From Eledone cirrhosa (taxonomy: Eukaryota): a stretch of 64,000 nt of DNA. The DNA is taken from the NCBI GenBank assembly GCA_964016885.1, contig OZ024743.1:75888001-75952000 (forward strand), given 5' to 3'. The stretch's first letter is position 1. Every line of letters begins with the position of its first letter. Under the pieces are notes generated by a model, which did no database searches, was not told the DNA's origin, and was given only the letters and a program-made list of their open reading frames with translations. A program made the position numbers and the translations under genes. Below, in pieces: positions 60,064 to 64,000 of this stretch.

Positions 60064-60106
60064 TATTGCATATATATTGCATATATATGTTGTGAGTCAC
60101 TAGTCT

Positions 60107-60280
60107 CAAGCTGTATCGACCATAACCTTTCCTTTGGACAATATCGGTGACATGGAGAGGAGAAACTGACATTCATGGGAGACTGCTGGTCTTCCACAAA
60201 CATACCTTGCCCAGGCTTGTGCCTCGAAGAGATCTTTCTAGGTGCAAAACCCATGGTCATTCGTGGCCGAAGTAGGCCTA
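60107..60280. mobile_element. Possible interspersed-repeat (SINE-like) fragment
   Basis: GC-richer island (CAAGCTGTATCG...GACTGCTGGTCTTCCA...CTTTCTAGGTGCAA..CCCATGGTCATTC) that resembles, from memory only, a common octopus repeat body; no Pol III boxes or ends identified. Confidence 0.3.
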
Positions 60281-60679
60281 CGACTTTGACCATTGATGCT
60301 CTACGTCTCATTATGGTGTTGAAGTCAATGTGACAATGACGTTGTAGACCAGTGAGAATATGAGGTATTTTTATGCGTTTTTATGGGTTGATTGGGAGAG
60401 AAAAGCTTTTGGTATGTTGTTCTAATATATATATATGTGATAGGGTCGTAATATGGTGTGTGTGTGTATGTGTATATATACACGTATATATATATATATA
60501 TATATATATGGATGTGGTTGACGGCTGAGAGAAAAGATTATTCAACAAGGAAATGTTCATTATATTAAGACTAAATAGTGAGTCTTGTTACTCTGGAGTT
60601 TCGCCTGTTTATCATAGGGGCAAGTAAGAATATTTACTGTTTAGCCTTAATAAAATGAATATATATATATACATACATA

Positions 60680-60681
<2 letters not shown>

Positions 60682-60756
<75 letters not shown>
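60682..60756. repeat. (TA)n microsatellite
   Basis: Pure TA run. Confidence 0.98.
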
Positions 60757-60759
<3 letters not shown>

Positions 60760-60942
60760 AATAAATCTACCAAAATATACGGTAGTGTCCAATCCGTATG
60801 AAGAACTCAATGTAATCCAAATATCATGAAAAGAGATGTATTCAAAATTTTTTCGATGAAAAACACAGGTAAACAGAGTCAAGATAAATTAATAAAAATA
60901 ATGAATAAAAACAAAGAAACAGTTCCTTATATTAAAAAATTC

Positions 60943-61076
60943 ATCATTTTACGATCGTTTCTAGGATATATATGTGTGTGTTGGTATGTATATCATATAG
61001 ATCTATGTAAAATGTTTACAAACTATCAGAGGGAATATACATACCTACACATATATATGGTGTCTTCAGAAATAAT
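60943..61076 (-). ncRNA. Mirror copy of the extended-stem-II hammerhead-like motif
   Basis: The reverse complement of the left arm carries the same CTGAAGA...GAAACGATCGTA core and stem I. Confidence 0.5.
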
Positions 61077-61084
61077 GAATAATG

Positions 61085-61218
61085 ATTATTTCTGAAGACA
61101 GCATATATATGTGTAGGCATGTATATTCCCTCTGATAATTTGTAAACATTTTACGTAGATCTATATGATATACATACTAACACACACATATATATCCTAG
61201 AAACGATCGTAAAATGAT
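61085..61218 (+). ncRNA. Type I hammerhead ribozyme-like motif with greatly extended stem II
   Basis: Stem I ATTATTT (61085-91)/AAATGAT (61212-18); CTGAAGA at 61092-98; about 100-nt stem II (ATATATATGTGT.../...ACACATATATAT); GAAA at 61200-03; palindromic stem III ACGATCGT; GUA triplet. The base of stem II is mismatched (C.A), so it may be inactive. Confidence 0.55.
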
Positions 61219-61271
61219 GAATTTTTTAATATAAGGAACCGTTTCTTTGTTTTTATTCATTATTTTTATTA

Positions 61272-61274
<3 letters not shown>

Positions 61275-61327
<53 letters not shown>
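61275..61327. repeat. (TA)n microsatellite
   Basis: Pure TA run directly abutting the inverted repeat arm. Confidence 0.98.
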
Positions 61328-61335
<8 letters not shown>

Positions 61336-61561
61336 TTATTTATTTATTAAAATAAAAGATTAAAGTTTAAGCAAAGAATCGCTGCTTTTACCCTTAACGA
61401 GATCTTCTGAATTTGATTATGTGTTGGTTAGTTACCGACATTTCAGTGTGCAGGGTAGAGCACTCAACGAAGTGACCAGGTTGTTTCTGGTTACCCCAGG
61501 GTAATGTAAAAACAAGACGTGTAAGTCAACAGGTTAAAATGAACTTCATTGATTCATATTG

Positions 61562-61620
61562 GATGTTTATTATATTTCGGTGAAAGCCATTATTCAACAG
61601 CTCTGACTTCATCAGACAGT
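61562..61620 (-). ncRNA. Decayed mirror copy of the minimal hammerhead
   Basis: Minus strand reads ACTGT-CTGATGA-AGTCAGAGCTGTTGAATAATGGCTTTCACC-GAAA-TATAATAAACATC; core boxes intact, stems damaged. Confidence 0.5.
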
Positions 61621-61717
61621 TAGAACTTGAATAGAAAAAACAGAAAAACATAATGGTGGAACAAAGTTTACTTCTGTTATTTCGATCGTTTGATATGCCG
61701 AGTCCCTAAGTATGGTG

Positions 61718-61747
61718 TTGTTTTCTCAAAGTACTTTGAGAAAACAA
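61718..61747. repeat. Perfect 30-bp palindrome
   Basis: TTGTTTTCTCAAAGT|ACTTTGAGAAAACAA, no spacer. Confidence 0.95.
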
Positions 61748-61774
61748 TTTCTGTGTTTTTCTGTTCAATTTCTA

Positions 61775-61833
61775 GCTGTCTGATGAGGTTATAGCTGTGG
61801 AATAATGGTTATCACCGAAATATATATAACAGC
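61775..61833 (+). ncRNA. Minimal type I hammerhead ribozyme motif
   Basis: Stem I GCTGT (61775-79)/ACAGC (61829-33); CTGATGA at 61780-86; stem II GGT-t-ATAGCTGT/ATGGTTAT-c-ACC with loop GGAATA; GAAA at 61817-20; self-complementary stem III ATATATAT; AUA triplet with predicted cleavage after 61828. Confidence 0.75.
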
Positions 61834-61883
61834 GAATATGAATAAACGAAGTTAATTTTAACCTGAAGTTTTAACACTTCTTT

Positions 61884-61885
<2 letters not shown>

Positions 61886-61917
<32 letters not shown>
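61886..61917. repeat. (TA)n microsatellite
   Basis: TA run abutting the second inverted repeat. Confidence 0.97.
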
Positions 61918-61922
<5 letters not shown>

Positions 61923-62058
61923 TATATATATACAGTATATATATATATTACGAGCTGTTCTCGGTGTGGTGAACTAACTATTGTGTAACCACTTCTACCT
62001 AACTCGTCCCATGGACTGAGTGCTCTACCACTACGGATATTACCTTCCAGTGTTCTTC

Positions 62059-62061
<3 letters not shown>

Positions 62062-62119
<58 letters not shown>
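62062..62119. repeat. (TA)n microsatellite
   Basis: Pure TA run. Confidence 0.98.
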
Positions 62120-62122
<3 letters not shown>

Positions 62123-62267
62123 TGACCCCGACGGAAGAGCTCAAGCCGTTTCGACGTCTATTTCTGCCGTCGGGGTCATACTTTTTCCTATTTCCCACTC
62201 TACTACCCTAAGTATTGAGTACTCTGGTGCGTTATTGTCCATCTGGTTCCTTACCACAATTCCTTCG

Positions 62268-62268
<1 letters not shown>
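62119..62268. other. About 150-bp (TA)n-flanked element beginning with a perfect 16-bp stem-loop
   Basis: AGTATGACCCCGACGG (62119-34) / CCGTCGGGGTCATACT (62167-82) with a 32-nt loop; TA runs on both sides. Confidence 0.65.
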
Positions 62269-62341
<73 letters not shown>

Positions 62342-62403
62342 GTGTATGTGTGTATGCGTGTGTATGTGTGTGTGTATATATATATATACATGTGTGTGTG
62401 TGT
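62269..62403. repeat. Compound (TA)n/(TG)n microsatellite
   Basis: TA run followed by a TG run with TATG/TGCG interruptions. Confidence 0.97.
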
Positions 62404-62926
62404 GATAGATTTTAGTAAATCATCCTTATATATCTAAAAATAATGATTAGAATATTCAACGGTGTGGAGATAACTCCAACTGTAAGATGAATTTTATTTT
62501 GTACTGCAAAATAAGCATTTGCTACAAGTATTTTCAGCTAATTATGTTATCAGCTTGTCAAGAAATCTTCAGGTAGCGATATTGGAAAGTGGTTCCAATG
62601 TGGTTCTCTGAGGATTTGTGAAGATGGTTATATAAGAAAATTAACTGAAATTTTGCTGCGATCTCAGCAGAAGAAGTGAAATGTTACGGGAAGTCTATAA
62701 CATCAGCCGAAATAAAGATGGCGGTAAGTAGTTACATGTGGGACATATCGCTCGTTTTGAATGAACTGCCCTATGGTGTGTCTAAATGTATCAAGATTAT
62801 TGTGTATGTTGGAAGAGATTATGAGGTTTACAGTTAGTTATGACAACAAACTATCCCTTGCTCACTCTGGGGGTCTCTCATAGTATTTTGTTTAGTCATG
62901 TAGATAGTCGGTAGATGTGTTCAGCA

Positions 62927-63199
62927 TATCATGATAAAAACTGGTATATTTTGTGTACTTTATAGTTTAAACTATCATGATAAAAACTGGTATATTTTGT
63001 GTACTTTACAGTTTAAACTATCATGATAGAAACTGGTATATTTTGTGTACTTTATAGTTTAAACTATCATGATAGAAACTGGTATATTTTGTGTACTTTA
63101 CAGTTTAAACTACCATGATAGAAACTGGTATATTTTGTGTACTTTACAGTTTAAACTATCATGATAGAAACTGGTATATTTTGTGTACTTTACAGTTTA
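62927..63199. repeat. 46-bp minisatellite, about 6 copies (TATCATGATARAAACTGGTATATTTTGTGTACTTTAYAGTTTAAAC)
   Basis: Units start at 62927, 62973, 63019, 63065, 63111 and 63157; nearly identical. Confidence 0.97.
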
Positions 63200-63420
63200 T
63201 TGTGGTGTGTAGTAGAGAAATTATGACATAGAGCTGTAAACACAACGTTTGAAATACATTCAATAATAAATGTAAATTAAATCAGTAAAATATGTTATTA
63301 AACTTAAATATGGGAATCATAAAGAAATGTTTGTTGATGTAGCTTAACACAGCTGCTGCAGTATTTAGAACTGGATCTCTTCCTGTCAATTTCTTATTCA
63401 ACAACAACAACCACAGCAAC

Positions 63421-63610
63421 AATAATAATAATTGTTTCTTCTTTTGGCACATTACCCAGTACATTACTGGTACTTTATTTTATCGACCCCTTAAGGATGA
63501 AAGGCAAAGTTAACCCAGGCGTGATTTGAACTCAGACCATAAAGGGCCGTAACTCTATACTGCAAAACATGGCATCTGACGCTCTACCGATACTGCCAAT
63601 CTACCGCCCT
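63421..63610 (-). mobile_element. tRNA-derived SINE, copy 1
   Basis: Minus strand: GGCGGTAGAT-TGGCAGTATCGG (A box) ... GAGTTCAAATC (B box) ... GCCTTTCATCCTT..GGGGTCGATAAAATAAAGTACCAG central domain, then a (TTA)n/(TTG)n tail. Confidence 0.85.
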
Positions 63611-63808
63611 CATAATAATTGTTGCTACTTTTGGCACAAGGGCAGCAATTATTCCAGTGCATTACTGGTACTTTATTTTATCTACCCCGTAAGGATGAAA
63701 GGTAAAGTTAACTTTGGCGGGATTTGAACTCAGATCATAAAGGGACGTAACTCTATGTTTCAAAGCATGGTGTCCGACCATCTACCGATACTGCCAATCC
63801 ACCGCCAT
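63611..63808 (-). mobile_element. tRNA-derived SINE, copy 2 (tandem with copy 1)
   Basis: A box at 63785-63796 (TGGCAGTATCGG), B box at 63720-63731 (GAGTTCAAATCC), same central domain and CTTGTGCCAAAA...ATTATTAT tail. Confidence 0.85.
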
Positions 63809-64000
63809 CATAATAATAACAACAGCACCGAGTGAAATTTAATATGGCAGAATGATTAAAGCAAATTAAAAAATATATCAAATGTTGGAAAATGTCGAAG
63901 GTCATTTACGTAATACTTGTAAAGTTTTGGATCGTTAACACACATTGAGAAGTAATTTAAATAAAAACGATACCATTCCTGCTAAGATTAATAATGATTT

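Larger units (their letters stand above)
60884..61277. repeat. Long inverted repeat: 193-bp arms (60884-61076 and 61085-61277), 8-nt spacer
   Basis: Arms are reverse complements with 6 mismatches by manual comparison and no indels; spacer GAATAATG. Confidence 0.97.
61507..61888. repeat. Diverged inverted repeat: about 140-bp arms (~61507-61647 and ~61748-61888), about 100-bp spacer
   Basis: AGGTTAAAATGAACTTC/GAAGTTAATTTTAACCT, ATATTTCGGTGA/TCACCGAAATAT and TCATCAGACAG/CTGTCTGATGA are reverse-complement matches in nested order; many substitutions. Confidence 0.9.

Noticed and set aside
60009-60311. 100-aa minus-strand ORF upstream of the transposase
   Set aside because: Spans the transposon TIR, low-complexity sequence and a probable repeat fragment; no protein motif recognised.
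60884-61277. MITE or foldback DNA transposon as the explanation of the palindrome
   Set aside because: Not excluded, but the unit between the (TA)n runs is asymmetric (about 130 bp extra on the left) and each arm carries hammerhead boxes, which fits an inverted pLTR better.
62119-62186. Rho-independent terminator (GC stem followed by a T run)
   Set aside because: Eukaryotic repeat context, a 32-nt loop and no upstream gene.
60634-63464. Short ORFs with YIYIYI, VCVCVC or poly-L tracts, and the 89-aa ORF at 60826-61095
   Set aside because: Translations of microsatellites or of an inverted-repeat arm.
63530-63806. Functional tRNA genes
   Set aside because: A and B boxes are present but no cloverleaf is evident, and each is followed by a SINE body and simple-repeat tail.

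Overview
Eukaryotic, gene-free, heterochromatin-like window; the SINE style and (TA)n density suggest an invertebrate, possibly a cephalopod (inference only). Positions 1-59340 are the right end of a large 28-bp satellite (consensus GCTRGTGAGGTCTATTGTATTATATATA, roughly 2,100 copies by length). The array shows recurrent variant 'phrases', kilobase-scale block duplications (2120, 1428/1484 and 3002 bp), a change of variant vocabulary near 29-30 kb and a diverged edge. It is interrupted once (56409-57049) by a 5'-truncated RTE-type LINE whose upstream part is inverted, with a twin-priming signature and a 13-bp target-site duplication. It ends abruptly inside a Tc1/mariner (maT/DD37D-like) transposase whose 5' TIR survives at about 60063. 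The last 4 kb hold (TA)n-bounded inverted-repeat modules carrying outward-facing minimal type I hammerhead ribozyme motifs (Penelope-like pLTR/retrozyme architecture), further hammerhead-like remnants, a 46-bp minisatellite and a tandem pair of tRNA-derived SINEs. No intact host gene is supported. All family assignments come from motif reading by eye, not from database searches.
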